From Alkanindiges sp. WGS2144 (GTDB taxonomy: Bacteria; Pseudomonadota; Gammaproteobacteria; Pseudomonadales; Moraxellaceae): a DNA stretch of 32,000 nucleotides. The stretch is from NCBI RefSeq assembly GCF_043950625.1, contig NZ_CP171007.1, one strand, 5' to 3'. Position 1 is the stretch's first letter. Each line of letters opens with the position of its first letter. The notes beneath the pieces are model-generated. The model was not told where the DNA came from. It ran no database searches and saw only the letters and a program-made list of their open reading frames with translations. The position numbers were made by a program, and so were the translations under genes. This document shows, piece by piece, positions 1-9,321 of the stretch.

Positions 1-361
1 TGGCATTTAGATAACAGGCCAGCGTACCCATCAGGGTTTTACCTTCACCGGTACGCATTTCGGCAATCTTGCCTTCATGCAAGGTCATACCACCGATGAG
101 CTGTACATCGTAGTGGCGCATGCCCAGTACTCGCTTTGCCGCTTCACGGCATACGGCAAAAGCCTCTGGCATAAGCTTATCCAGGCTTTCTCCCTGCTGG
201 TAACGCTGTTTAAATTCGGTCGTTTTATCGGCCAGTTCAGCATCACTTAATGCCGAAATCGTCGGTTCCAGTGCGTTAATGGCTTCAACACTTTTACGCA
301 TTCTTTTGAGCTCGCGCTCATTTTTAGTACCGAAGATCCCTCCGATAAAACTTGCTAACAT
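1..361 (-). CDS. secA: Preprotein translocase ATPase SecA, N-terminal fragment; the gene continues past the left edge
   Basis: Hand translation from the ATG at 361-359 gives [120 protein letters not shown]. This is the conserved SecA N-terminus, including MRTGEGKT. It is missing from the ORF track because it runs off the window. Confidence 0.93.
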   Translation of the reverse strand, partial: MLASFIGGIFGTKNERELKRMRKSVEAINALEPTISALSDAELADKTTEFKQRYQQGESLDKLMPEAFAVCREAAKRVLGMRHYDVQLIGGMTLHEGKIAEMRTGEGKTLMGTLACYLNA

Positions 362-794
362 GGAATAAACTCTCAAATACCCTGATTTAGATAACAGCTT
401 TATTTTTGCCTGTTGGCTATTATGGTGACAGCGTCGATAAGTGCAAGTGCTATATGACAAAGAATCGTTAAAAAGGTAATTTTATCGCTATAAATTAATG
501 CGCTTAAGGCAAACCATTTGCTCTTTTTTTAAGCAGATTTTATCAAAAAAAACTGTGAACTGCTTATTTTGGAGGTGAATTCCGGACCAGCAAGTTATTG
601 AACGGTGGTTTGTCGTAACTGCGCTCAAGACGGAATTTAAACCTTATAATCAACTAACCCGGTTGAATTCCCGCTTTATCTACAAAAATGATATACAATT
701 GAAAAAACATTGCTTTTCATTTATCAGTATTTAGGTGCATAGTAGGACAGATTTTTTAATTGCTCTGCGCAACTGACAACAAAGGAGTACAAAG

Positions 795-1436
795 ATGACC
801 ATTCGTTTAGGTGATATCGCCCCTGATTTTGAGCAGGATTCTAACGAAGGCACAATTAAATTTCATGAATGGCTGGGCGATAGCTGGGGTGTTTTATTTT
901 CCCACCCGGCTGACTATACCCCTGTGTGCACCACTGAGCTGGGTCTGACTGCAAAATTAAAAGATGAATTTGCCAAGCGCAATGTAAAAGCGATTGCCTT
1001 ATCAGTAGATGATGCTGAATCGCACAAAGGCTGGATTGGCGATATTAATGAAACCCAGAACTGCCAGGTGAATTTTCCGATTATTGCCGATGCGGACCGC
1101 AAGGTATCTGAACTGTATGGCTTTATTCACCCTAATGCCAGCGATACCTTAACCGTGCGCTCCCTGGTCGTGATTGACCCGAACAAAAAGGTTCGCTTGA
1201 TTATTACTTATCCAGCTAGCACTGGCCGTAACTTTAACGAAATCCTGCGTGTGATTGACTCCCTGCAATTAACTGACAACTATAAAGTAGCCACCCCAGG
1301 TAACTGGAATCAGGGCGATGACGTGGTAATTGTTCCTTCCATTACTGATGAAGAAGAACTAAAACAGCGTTTCCCCAAAGGCTATAAAGCCATCAAGCCT
1401 TATCTACGCATGACCCCGCAGCCTGATAAAGCTTAA
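795..1436 (+). CDS. 1-Cys peroxiredoxin (Prx6/LsfA-like thiol peroxidase)
   Basis: 213 aa. It carries the peroxidatic motif FSHPADYTPVCTTELG and a Prx6-type C-terminal region. An AAGGAG Shine-Dalgarno lies 6 nt upstream of the ATG. Confidence 0.9.
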   Translation: MTIRLGDIAPDFEQDSNEGTIKFHEWLGDSWGVLFSHPADYTPVCTTELGLTAKLKDEFAKRNVKAIALSVDDAESHKGWIGDINETQNCQVNFPIIADADRKVSELYGFIHPNASDTLTVRSLVVIDPNKKVRLIITYPASTGRNFNEILRVIDSLQLTDNYKVATPGNWNQGDDVVIVPSITDEEELKQRFPKGYKAIKPYLRMTPQPDKA

Positions 1437-1446
1437 TTTCAGCTTT

Positions 1447-1484
1447 AAAAAACACGCTCAGGCTTTACTTGAGCGTGTTTTTTA
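1447..1484. terminator. Rho-independent terminator, probably bidirectional, between convergent genes
   Basis: Stem acacgctca (1452-1460) pairs with tgagcgtgt (1470-1478). It is flanked by an A-run on the left and a T-run on the right. Confidence 0.75.
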
Positions 1485-1583
1485 TGCCAGATAAAAATAG
1501 TTGGTTTTATTTTGCACAACAGGCTTGCTGATCAGGGAATACAAGCCAGTATGAACGGCAATCACCATAAATATGGCAGGCGG

Positions 1584-2966
1584 TTAATTTTGTTCTGGTG
1601 GCTGCCAGTCAATCACCCAGGCATGCTTGGCATTTAAGCTGTCATCCCTGGCGACCTGACTACGTAGTGCATCCGCAGCGGCGCGGCCTTTTTCCGGCCC
1701 TACCATTACCCGTACGCCTTTGGAAGTCTGGCTGGTTTTAGCCTGATAGCCTTTGGCACGTAGCTTGGCAACCATGGCATCAGCGTTGGCCTGATTCGCT
1801 GCAATGGCAATCTGTACCATCCAGGGTTTGGTATCACCTTCCAGAATCGCCCGGCCGCGCTCTTCTTCCAGTTTCTTCCTGGCAGCCTGTAGCTCCTGCT
1901 CTACTGTTTTGGACTGGGCAAGCTGCTTTTTCTTTTCGTCGTCTGCCTTGCGTTGGGCAAGCAATGCTTCTTCTTTCTTCAGTTTAGCTTCTGCCTCTGC
2001 TTTTTGTTTAGCCAGCAATTCTTCCTGCTTTTTGGCTTCTTCTGCCTTGCGTTTGGCTAACAACTCTTCTTCTTTCTTACGCTTGGTCTCTTGCTCGGCT
2101 TTACGCTTGGCCTGTAGTTCCTGATCTTTTTTCAGTTTGGCTTCCTCTTCAGCCTTACGTTTGGCGAGTAGCTCCTGTTCTTTCTTTAGTTTAGCCTCTT
2201 CCTCAGCCTTACGCTTGGCTAAAAGCTCCTGCTCCTGTTTACGCTTCGCTTCCTGCTCGGCTTTCTGTCTGGCCAGAAACTCAGCTTCTTTTCTTTTGGC
2301 TTCCACTTCAGCTTTATGCTTTGCCTCAAGCTGCTGGCGTTCCTTTTCCAGTTTTTCTGCCTGGGATTTTTGCAGGGCAAGTTTTTCAGCACGCGCCTGC
2401 TCGGCTTTTTCACGGGCAAGGATAGCCGCCTGCTCGGCTTCCTGACTAGCTTTTTGCGCCCCATCGGCACGTACGTTGGCCTGTGCTGCCAGCCGCTCTA
2501 TTTCGGCACGCTGGGCAGCTGTTTTTTGTTGCATATCATCATCAATTAATTCTGGTGGCAAAGAATCAGAGCTCATGGCCTGGGCATCCAGTCTTGCCTG
2601 TCGCTTGACCAGCTGGGCAGCATATTCCTCGGCGGCACGACGCGCTGCATCTGCCTCGGCCTTTTGCTGTAAGGCCAGATATTCAGCTGTTTTGGCCTCC
2701 TGCTCTGCCACTAGTTTTTCCCGCTGGGCACGCTGTTTTTCCAACAGGCGGCGTTCGGTTTCCACATCAATGGCCAGAGGCTGCAAACGCCCGGTATTAT
2801 CAGCAGCCTGTACAGATTGATCCACGCTCGATACAGCAGACGGTGAAGAGGCTGGCAGGGTTAGCGCCTGTTCTCCCTGCCCCCTTAATAACAGCGCTGC
2901 CAGCAGGGCACCGCCCCCCAGCAATACAACGCCGCCCATCCAACGCTGTTTATTATTCATTGCCAT
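1584..2966 (-). CDS. SPOR-domain cell-division/peptidoglycan-binding protein (DedD-like) with a long K/E/A-rich repeat region
   Basis: An N-terminal TM segment (WMGGVVLLGGGALLAALLL) is followed by ~300 aa of KRKAEEEAKLKKEQELLA-type repeats and a C-terminal SPOR-like domain (WMVQIAIAANQANADAMVAKLRAKGYQAKT...VRVMVGPEKGRAAADALRSQV). It lies directly downstream of folC, as dedD does in E. coli. The start is ambiguous: ATG at 2966, or ATG at 2960, which forms an ATGA overlap with the folC stop. The track start at 3014 would overlap folC by 58 nt. Confidence 0.8.
   Translation of the reverse strand: MAMNNKQRWMGGVVLLGGGALLAALLLRGQGEQALTLPASSPSAVSSVDQSVQAADNTGRLQPLAIDVETERRLLEKQRAQREKLVAEQEAKTAEYLALQQKAEADAARRAAEEYAAQLVKRQARLDAQAMSSDSLPPELIDDDMQQKTAAQRAEIERLAAQANVRADGAQKASQEAEQAAILAREKAEQARAEKLALQKSQAEKLEKERQQLEAKHKAEVEAKRKEAEFLARQKAEQEAKRKQEQELLAKRKAEEEAKLKKEQELLAKRKAEEEAKLKKDQELQAKRKAEQETKRKKEEELLAKRKAEEAKKQEELLAKQKAEAEAKLKKEEALLAQRKADDEKKKQLAQSKTVEQELQAARKKLEEERGRAILEGDTKPWMVQIAIAANQANADAMVAKLRAKGYQAKTSQTSKGVRVMVGPEKGRAAADALRSQVARDDSLNAKHAWVIDWQPPEQN
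1950..2300 (-). repeat. Imperfect in-frame tandem repeats, period 54 nt (18 codons), roughly 6 copies, inside the SPOR gene
   Basis: Units 2131-2184 and 2185-2238 align at about 41 of 54 nt by eye. The protein shows reiterated KRKAEEEAKLKK(E/D)QELLA units. Confidence 0.7.
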
Positions 2967-4243
2967 ATTGCTGAGGACTCCCAAACTGCCTCTAAGGTGT
3001 GAAATGATCCGCACACCAGGATAATATCTTGTGGTTGACTATGTGCTAAAGCAGCCATAAATGCTGCTGTGACGCTATCATATTCATTTGCCGGGGCATT
3101 GTGAACTGCTTTACGCAGTTGGGATAAACTGGCCGCACGCTCCCCACTTAATGGTGCAATATACCAGTGCTTGACCACCGGCTTGAGTAATGCGGCTACG
3201 CTCTCAATGTCCTTGTCAGCCAGCATGGAAAATACCAGATGAACTGCACCAGTTGCTGCGCTACGCTGACGGAATAATTCCAGCTGCTTAAGTAAAAACA
3301 GCACCCCATGCGTATTATGAGCCACATCCAGAATAATACTGCGCTGGTCAAACTGCCGTATTTCAAAACGTCCAGCAATCCGTGCCTGTGCCACGCCCTC
3401 ACGTAACGCCTGTTCACTGACCGACCTAATGCCCACCAATACCGCACTGATAGCCGCTGCTACATTTACCATGGCAAGCTGTGGCAATGGTAAAGATAAG
3501 GTACAAGCCGGACTGGCATAATAAAAGTTTGAATCCTGATACTGCCAGTGATAATCACGCCCGCCGACAAACAACTGGCATTGTAATTGTTCAGCCTGCT
3601 CGGTAATGGCTGCGGGTAGCGGGTTTTCTGAAAAAACCACTGGAATACCGGCGCGCATGATTCCGGCTTTTTCAAAGGCAATTTTTTCAATGCTGTCGCC
3701 CAGCCAGTCGGTGTGATCAAGCCCAATATTGGTAATGACTGCCACATTGGGATCAATCAGATTGACTGCATCCAGACGCCCGCCCAAGCCGACTTCCAGC
3801 ACCCAGATATCACAGTTGTGCTGTTTAAAGATTGAAAAAGCTGCCAGCGTAGTGGCTTCAAAAAATGACAGGCTGAGCTGACAGGCAAGCCGTGCCTGCT
3901 CTACTGCATTAAATGCTGCAATCAGGCTTTGGTCATCAACTTCAACACCATTTAACTTGATACGCTCATTAAAGCGATAAATATGTGGCGACTGGTATAA
4001 CCCCACCTGATATCCCGCTGCCTGATAAATGGCGGCAATGGTGGTAGTGGTTGAGCCTTTGCCATTGGTACCAGCCACAGTAACTACATGAGCATCGGGC
4101 TTTAGCAGTTGTAAATGTTCGGCAACCGGACGGATGCGCTCAAGCCCCAGGTCAATGGCCGTGACATGAATGCTGTCCCAGTAATCCAGCCAGTGTTGCA
4201 GCGAGGACGTGGTGCTGGGTGGGCTTATTTTTACTTTCATCAA
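2957..4243 (-). CDS. folC: Bifunctional folylpolyglutamate synthase / dihydrofolate synthase
   Basis: 428 aa with a Mur-ligase-type P-loop (VAGTNGKGSTTT). The accD-folC-dedD-like synteny supports the call. Confidence 0.9.
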   Translation of the reverse strand: MMKVKISPPSTTSSLQHWLDYWDSIHVTAIDLGLERIRPVAEHLQLLKPDAHVVTVAGTNGKGSTTTTIAAIYQAAGYQVGLYQSPHIYRFNERIKLNGVEVDDQSLIAAFNAVEQARLACQLSLSFFEATTLAAFSIFKQHNCDIWVLEVGLGGRLDAVNLIDPNVAVITNIGLDHTDWLGDSIEKIAFEKAGIMRAGIPVVFSENPLPAAITEQAEQLQCQLFVGGRDYHWQYQDSNFYYASPACTLSLPLPQLAMVNVAAAISAVLVGIRSVSEQALREGVAQARIAGRFEIRQFDQRSIILDVAHNTHGVLFLLKQLELFRQRSAATGAVHLVFSMLADKDIESVAALLKPVVKHWYIAPLSGERAASLSQLRKAVHNAPANEYDSVTAAFMAALAHSQPQDIILVCGSFHTLEAVWESSAIWQ

Positions 4244-4251
4244 GCATCCCT

Positions 4252-5151
4252 TTATGGCAGGTTCATGAGCTTGGCAATCAGTCGCTGTATGGTGTCCTTG
4301 AGCGCATGTCGGTGCACAATCTGGTCAATAACACCATGCTCCAGCAGGAACTCGGCACGCTGAAAAGGTTCCTGCAACACTTCACGCACGGTTTGCTCAA
4401 TCACTCGCTTACCGGCAAAACCTACCATGGCTTTGGGTTCAGCCAGATGAATATCCCCCAACATAGCCAGTGAGGCCGTCACACCGCCATACACCGGATG
4501 CGTGAGCACCACAATATAAGGCAAGCGAGCCTGCTTAAGGCGCTCAACAGCAGCGGCAGTACGTGCCATCTGCATCAGGGAAATCATGCCTTCCTGCATA
4601 CGGGCACCCCCTGAGGCAGCAAAACAAATTAGCGGTTGCTGCAATTGGATGGCTGTTTCAGCGGCCAGTACAAAGCGGTCACCCACCACCGACCCCATGG
4701 AGCCGCCCATAAATTCAAACTCAAAAGCGCACGCCACCATGGGAATAGCGCCAACCAGACCCTGCATGACCAGTAAGGCTTCGGTTTCATTGGTCTGTTT
4801 TTGTGCCTTGGCCAGACGCTGTGGATAGGGCTGGCTATCGACAAAACCTAGTGGATCTTTTGGACTAAATTCCTGCCCCAGCTCACATTCCACCTGATCA
4901 AAAAACCAGTTGAGACGGTCACGCGCTTTCATACGCAAATGCTCATCACACTGCGGACAGACATAGGCATTAAAAGTCATGGCCGTACGGGTAACCATTG
5001 AATGACACTCAGGGCACTCAATGGTTGGCTCGGTGTACAGCGACATTGGCCCTTGTGGATAGTCACGTGGACTCACCCCGGGCACCGGACGTTCTAGCCA
5101 GGGGGTTGAGTCGGCTTTTTCTATGGCAGGTTTATTAGATTTTGAGGTCAT
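4252..5151 (-). CDS. accD: Acetyl-CoA carboxylase carboxyltransferase beta subunit
   Basis: 299 aa. It has the N-terminal Cys4 zinc ribbon (CPECHSMV...CPQCDEHLRM) and a carboxyltransferase domain (GGSMGSVVG, ASGGARMQEG). Confidence 0.93.
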   Translation of the reverse strand: MTSKSNKPAIEKADSTPWLERPVPGVSPRDYPQGPMSLYTEPTIECPECHSMVTRTAMTFNAYVCPQCDEHLRMKARDRLNWFFDQVECELGQEFSPKDPLGFVDSQPYPQRLAKAQKQTNETEALLVMQGLVGAIPMVACAFEFEFMGGSMGSVVGDRFVLAAETAIQLQQPLICFAASGGARMQEGMISLMQMARTAAAVERLKQARLPYIVVLTHPVYGGVTASLAMLGDIHLAEPKAMVGFAGKRVIEQTVREVLQEPFQRAEFLLEHGVIDQIVHRHALKDTIQRLIAKLMNLP

Positions 5152-5951
5152 ACCAGTTCATCGAGCGCTGCCCGAAGCTCCTTGATTTTGCTCACCGCCA
5201 GTTGATGGGCAACATCAGCCGGATTTTCACCAAAAGGCTGTACCAGCACAGTACCCACAATCACCCCGTCCGCCACGCTACCCATTTTTTTGGCAGTCTG
5301 TGCATCACGAATACCAAAGCCCACCCCGACCGGCAATGTGGTTTGTGCTTTTACCCGGGCAATCCGCTCTGCTGCCTCGCTGGTATCCAGTGCGCCGGAG
5401 CCTGTCACGCCTTTTAGGGATACATAATAAATAAAGCCACGCGCCTGCTTGATCACATGCTGAATACGTGCATCGGTTGAGGTCGGTGCCAACAGGAAAA
5501 TAGGATCAAGCTGGTATTGTTTTAAAATAGCATCCAGCTCCCCGGCTTCCTCTGGGGGTAAATCCACCAGCAGCAGGCCATCCACTCCGGCTTCGCTGGC
5601 ACGTTTGGCAAAAGTTTCATAGCCAATAATTTCCAGCGGATTTAAATAGCCCATCAGCACCACTGGTGTGTCTGCGTCTGTCTTGCGAAACTCAGCCACC
5701 ATATCCAGCACATCCAACGTGTTGGTACCGCCAGCCAGTGCCCGCTCGGCCGCCAGCGCAATCACCGGCCCATCTGCCATAGGATCCGAAAATGGCAGGC
5801 CGATTTCCAGTACATCCACTCCTGCTGCCACTAGATCATGCAGTAATGGCACGGTAACCGCCGGTGTAGGGTCACCTGCCATAATGTAAGATACCAGTGC
5901 TTTTCGACTGCTGTTTTTTAAGGACGCAAAACGCGCTGCAAGACGTGACAT
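5148..5951 (-). CDS. trpA: Tryptophan synthase alpha chain
   Basis: The protein from the ATG at 5951 (MSRLAARFASLKNSSRKALVSYIMAGDP...) matches TrpA (EIGLPFSDPMADGPVI, YYVSLKGVTG). Its stop overlaps the accD ATG in an ATGA at 5148-5151. The 25-codon upstream extension in the track is probably not translated. Confidence 0.92.
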   Translation of the reverse strand: MSRLAARFASLKNSSRKALVSYIMAGDPTPAVTVPLLHDLVAAGVDVLEIGLPFSDPMADGPVIALAAERALAGGTNTLDVLDMVAEFRKTDADTPVVLMGYLNPLEIIGYETFAKRASEAGVDGLLLVDLPPEEAGELDAILKQYQLDPIFLLAPTSTDARIQHVIKQARGFIYYVSLKGVTGSGALDTSEAAERIARVKAQTTLPVGVGFGIRDAQTAKKMGSVADGVIVGTVLVQPFGENPADVAHQLAVSKIKELRAALDELV

Positions 5952-6144
5952 AGCTATTTTTTCTGTATTCCCATAAAAGTACGATTCTAGCCTGAAATGA
6001 AGCCTTTCAACAATCGGGCAGTGCATTTAGGCAACTGGTTTGTATTGCCTTCATTTAACAATTTTTTGGTTCTTTTGGCATGAATGGCTTTGGTATTTGG
6101 CCTTAAATTGCTTAATATCGGCAAAAATTTATATTAAGCCCTCT

Positions 6145-7476
6145 ATGACTGCTTCTTCTGCCCGTTTTAGCGCCCTATTACCGATTTTGCTTTTTCTGGC
6201 ACTATTTTTGGGCAGTGGAATTTATTACACCCTGCAAGGCACAGAATTTGCCTTTTATCAGCTCAAGGCGCCTGTTGCCGCGCTCCCTGCTATTGTGCTG
6301 GCGATCCTACTCAACAAAAAAACCATCAATGAGTCCATTGAGCGCTTTTTGCAGGGTGCTGCCCATCCCAACATTATTTTGATGTGTATGGTGTTTATGC
6401 TGGCCGGCGCGTTTGCCAGTGTGAGCAAGAGCATTGGCAGTGTTGATGCCACCGTGCAGTTTGGCTTGCAGCTGATCCCATCCAGCCTGGTGTTGCCTGC
6501 CCTGTTTGTCATTTCAGCCTTTATTGCCACTGCCATGGGCACGTCTATGGGTACTATTGCCGCCTGTGCGCCAATTGCAGTCGGATTTGCCAGTGCAACC
6601 GGCATGCCTACCCCACTGGCGCTTGGTGCTATTTTGAGTGGTGCCATGTTTGGCGACAACTTATCCATGATTTCTGACACTACCATTGCTGCTACCCGTA
6701 GTCAGGGCGTGAGCCTGCGCGACAAATTCCGCATCAATATCTGGATTGCCCTGCCCGCAGCAATTATTTCCTGCCTGATCTTTATGCAGTTTAGTCAGGG
6801 TACACACCAGCCGGAAGTACAACCGCTATCCAGTTGGCTAATAGCGCCCTATCTGGCGGTATTTGCGCTGGCCTTCACCGGACTGCATGTGCTGGCCATT
6901 TTGATCATTGGTATTGTGCTGGCTGGGGTCATGGGGCTATGGCTTACCCCTGCCTATCATCTTACCAGCCTCAATACTGCCATTTATGCAGGCTTTGTTG
7001 AGCTGTTTGAGATCATGCTGCTATCGTTGTTTATTGGCGGCCTTTCCCAGCTTATGCACGATCAGGGGGGTATGCGCTGGCTGGTGAATGCTATTTTGTC
7101 CCTGACCCGCAAGCTAAAAATGAGCGGTAAACGCGCTGGGGAGTTTGGTATTGCCTTGCTCACAGTGACTGTCAACCTGTTTGTGGCCAACAATACAGTG
7201 GCTATTATTATTGCGGCCGATGTTGCCAAAGACCTTGCCATTGAGCAAATGGTCGATTTAAGGCGTTCTGCCAGCTATCTGGATATTTTTTCCTGCGTGG
7301 TACAGGGATTAATTCCTTATGGCGCACAAATCCTGCTGGCCAGTGCCATTGGCAAGGTATCTCCCCTTGCATTAACAGGCACCACGTATTACTGCTGGGT
7401 TTTGGGGATAGTGGCAATTTTAAGCATTATTTTGCAATATCCACGTCTAAAAACGACTACCCTGCCGCACGCCTAA
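6145..7476 (+). CDS. NhaC-family Na+/H+ antiporter-like membrane transporter
   Basis: The protein is polytopic and hydrophobic, with motifs typical of the NhaC/Na_H_antiporter family (GTSMGTIAACAPIAVGFA, MFGDNLSMISDTTIAATR). I chose the ATG at 6145 (MTASSARFSALLPILLF) over the TTG at 6040. Confidence 0.7.
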   Translation: MTASSARFSALLPILLFLALFLGSGIYYTLQGTEFAFYQLKAPVAALPAIVLAILLNKKTINESIERFLQGAAHPNIILMCMVFMLAGAFASVSKSIGSVDATVQFGLQLIPSSLVLPALFVISAFIATAMGTSMGTIAACAPIAVGFASATGMPTPLALGAILSGAMFGDNLSMISDTTIAATRSQGVSLRDKFRINIWIALPAAIISCLIFMQFSQGTHQPEVQPLSSWLIAPYLAVFALAFTGLHVLAILIIGIVLAGVMGLWLTPAYHLTSLNTAIYAGFVELFEIMLLSLFIGGLSQLMHDQGGMRWLVNAILSLTRKLKMSGKRAGEFGIALLTVTVNLFVANNTVAIIIAADVAKDLAIEQMVDLRRSASYLDIFSCVVQGLIPYGAQILLASAIGKVSPLALTGTTYYCWVLGIVAILSIILQYPRLKTTTLPHA

Positions 7477-7557
7477 TTTTAGAAGATGCTTTGTTTTTTA
7501 ATAGCAGCAATGACACAATATTGCGCAAAATTTTTGCTAGTCACGGTATGAAACAAT

Positions 7558-8226
7558 ATGAGTCAGGACAACTGGACAGCGGTAGACGAGTATTTAGAAG
7601 ACCTGTTTATGCCTGCTGACCCCTCGCTTGAGCATGCCCTACAGGCTACTGCGGATTGTGGCCTACCACCGCATCTGGCAGTATCCAATTTACAAGGCAA
7701 ATTTTTGCAAATGCTGGCACAGATTCATGGTGCCAAAAAAATTCTGGAAATCGGCACGCTGGCTGGCTATAGCACCATCTGGCTAGCACGGGCTTTGCCA
7801 AAAGATGGCAAGCTGATCAGCCTGGAAGCGGTGCCGACCAATGTAACGCTGGCACGTAAAAATATCGAGTTTGCCGGGCTATCGCATCTGGTTGATATTC
7901 ATGCAGGTAAGGCACTGGATGTTTTTCCTGATATTGAACAATCTGGTATTGCGCCCTTTGATTTTATTTTTATTGATGCCGATAAATCCGGCTACAAGGA
8001 TTATGTAGACTGGGCATTAAAGCTGTCACGCAAGGGAACTGTAATTATTCTGGATAATGTGATCCGTGGCGGCGGTATTGTTAATTTTGACAACAACACT
8101 CGCACCATGCGCGGCCTGCGTGAATATTTCGAGCATCTGGCTCAGCAGGAAAAGCTCACCAGCACCACTTTGCAAACAGTTGGCTGCAAGGGACATGATG
8201 GGTTTACCTTGGCAGTAGTGCTTTAA
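7558..8226 (+). CDS. Class I SAM-dependent O-methyltransferase (caffeoyl-CoA OMT-like, Methyltransf_3)
   Basis: 222 aa with a SAM-binding motif (ILEIGTLAGYSTIWLA) and FIFIDADKSGY, as in family 3 O-methyltransferases. Confidence 0.8.
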   Translation: MSQDNWTAVDEYLEDLFMPADPSLEHALQATADCGLPPHLAVSNLQGKFLQMLAQIHGAKKILEIGTLAGYSTIWLARALPKDGKLISLEAVPTNVTLARKNIEFAGLSHLVDIHAGKALDVFPDIEQSGIAPFDFIFIDADKSGYKDYVDWALKLSRKGTVIILDNVIRGGGIVNFDNNTRTMRGLREYFEHLAQQEKLTSTTLQTVGCKGHDGFTLAVVL

Positions 8227-8303
8227 GAGGTAATTTCGTTATAGTAAAGCCCTTCAAAAATGGACTTTATTTTCCAGTTTCGCTCTAAGCACCTTGTTAT
8301 CAA

Positions 8304-9293
8304 TTACCATTTGGCATAATGCTGCTCCAGCAAACCCATCTGTGGAGAAATTTCAATCCAGCTGTCATTGTATTGAATTCTGCCAGAAATAAAACTTACC
8401 CACTGGCTAAACTGGCTGGCTACCACAATAAAGTTCTTTGATTCATGTCGTCGCCATGCGGTCTTTACCTGTAAATCCACACGGCCATCAGCACTAAATA
8501 TACGCCATTGATCTGGTGCTATTTGCTCAAATAACACCGGTGGTAACTCACTGATTTTGCCATCCAGCCATAGCGAATTTTCTGTAGAGAAAGTTTCATT
8601 TACTCCAGTTGCCAGATTAATACCCAAACGTTGCCCCTGCTGGTCAACACCGGACAATGACAACCAGTGCCAGGCTGTTTCAGGGCGCAACATGCCACAA
8701 GTTTCGTCAATAGCAGCCATAAAGCGCTGCTCACCCAGGTCAATGGATTGCCGTTTAAAGCAAACACTGCCTTGCGCAGCTAGCGTGGCTTGCTTTTGGG
8801 TAAACGTCCAGCCAGAAACCCCGGTGGGCGTACACAATGCCAGCGGCTCTACCCCGTTAGTGCTAATGGTTGCATTAAGCAGCTCTTTTTGGCCTTGCTG
8901 AACCAGCACGCGACGTATGCCCCACTCTTTTTTAATCTGGATTAAAAATCGGCCTTTCTTAAAAAAAGTAGTGCCAATCTGGTGACTACAAACATGGGTA
9001 TTTTTCGCAAAGGCCTGCAAATAAGAAAACTCACGCACCTGACCACTGTGCTGGTCATGACAATAAAAAAAACCATGCCCTACCCAGCCTAAATCCACCA
9101 CGGCCAGACCTATCATATAGCGTTCATTGTTTAAACTAATAAACTGAAACTGCTTAAAGTGCAGGTTTTTGGTCAGGCCGGTAATGGAGCGTTTAAAAGG
9201 CGTTTGATAATTAAACTGCTGAATATCAATGCACTGGGGGGCCTGCTTAAAACGGCCATATTGTGGCTTACCCCTTTCAAATAAATGCTTCAT
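8304..9293 (-). CDS. DUF2804-like protein of unknown function
   Basis: 329 aa. The segment KQFQFISLNNERYMIGLAVVDLGWVGHGFFYCHD resembles, from memory, the conserved core of DUF2804 proteins. No catalytic motif is recognised. Confidence 0.55.
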   Translation of the reverse strand: MKHLFERGKPQYGRFKQAPQCIDIQQFNYQTPFKRSITGLTKNLHFKQFQFISLNNERYMIGLAVVDLGWVGHGFFYCHDQHSGQVREFSYLQAFAKNTHVCSHQIGTTFFKKGRFLIQIKKEWGIRRVLVQQGQKELLNATISTNGVEPLALCTPTGVSGWTFTQKQATLAAQGSVCFKRQSIDLGEQRFMAAIDETCGMLRPETAWHWLSLSGVDQQGQRLGINLATGVNETFSTENSLWLDGKISELPPVLFEQIAPDQWRIFSADGRVDLQVKTAWRRHESKNFIVVASQFSQWVSFISGRIQYNDSWIEISPQMGLLEQHYAKW

Positions 9294-9321
9294 TTTGTCT
9301 CATCCTTGTACGGCAATATGC

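Noticed and set aside
5-396. A 13-nt direct repeat atttagataacag at 5-17 and 384-396, flanking the secA start.
   Set aside because: A 13-mer match somewhere in a 32-kb window is expected by chance several times over. One copy lies inside secA coding sequence, and no further structure surrounds either copy.
1804-2820. Five long ORFs in the track that overlap the SPOR gene (1804-2124+, 2137-2445+, 2316-2549+, 2476-2820+, 2219-2470-).
   Set aside because: They are antisense or off-frame readings of the K/E/A-codon tandem repeats. They translate to low-complexity S/A/C/L-rich strings, which is a typical repeat artefact and not evidence of coding.
5952-6144. An upstream extension of trpA to 6026, and a TTG-initiated extension of the NhaC-family ORF from 6040.
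   Set aside because: The extensions encode non-homologous sequence (MHCPIVERLHF..., MYCLHLTIFWFFWHEW...). Internal ATGs at 5951 and 6145 give N-termini that fit the protein families.
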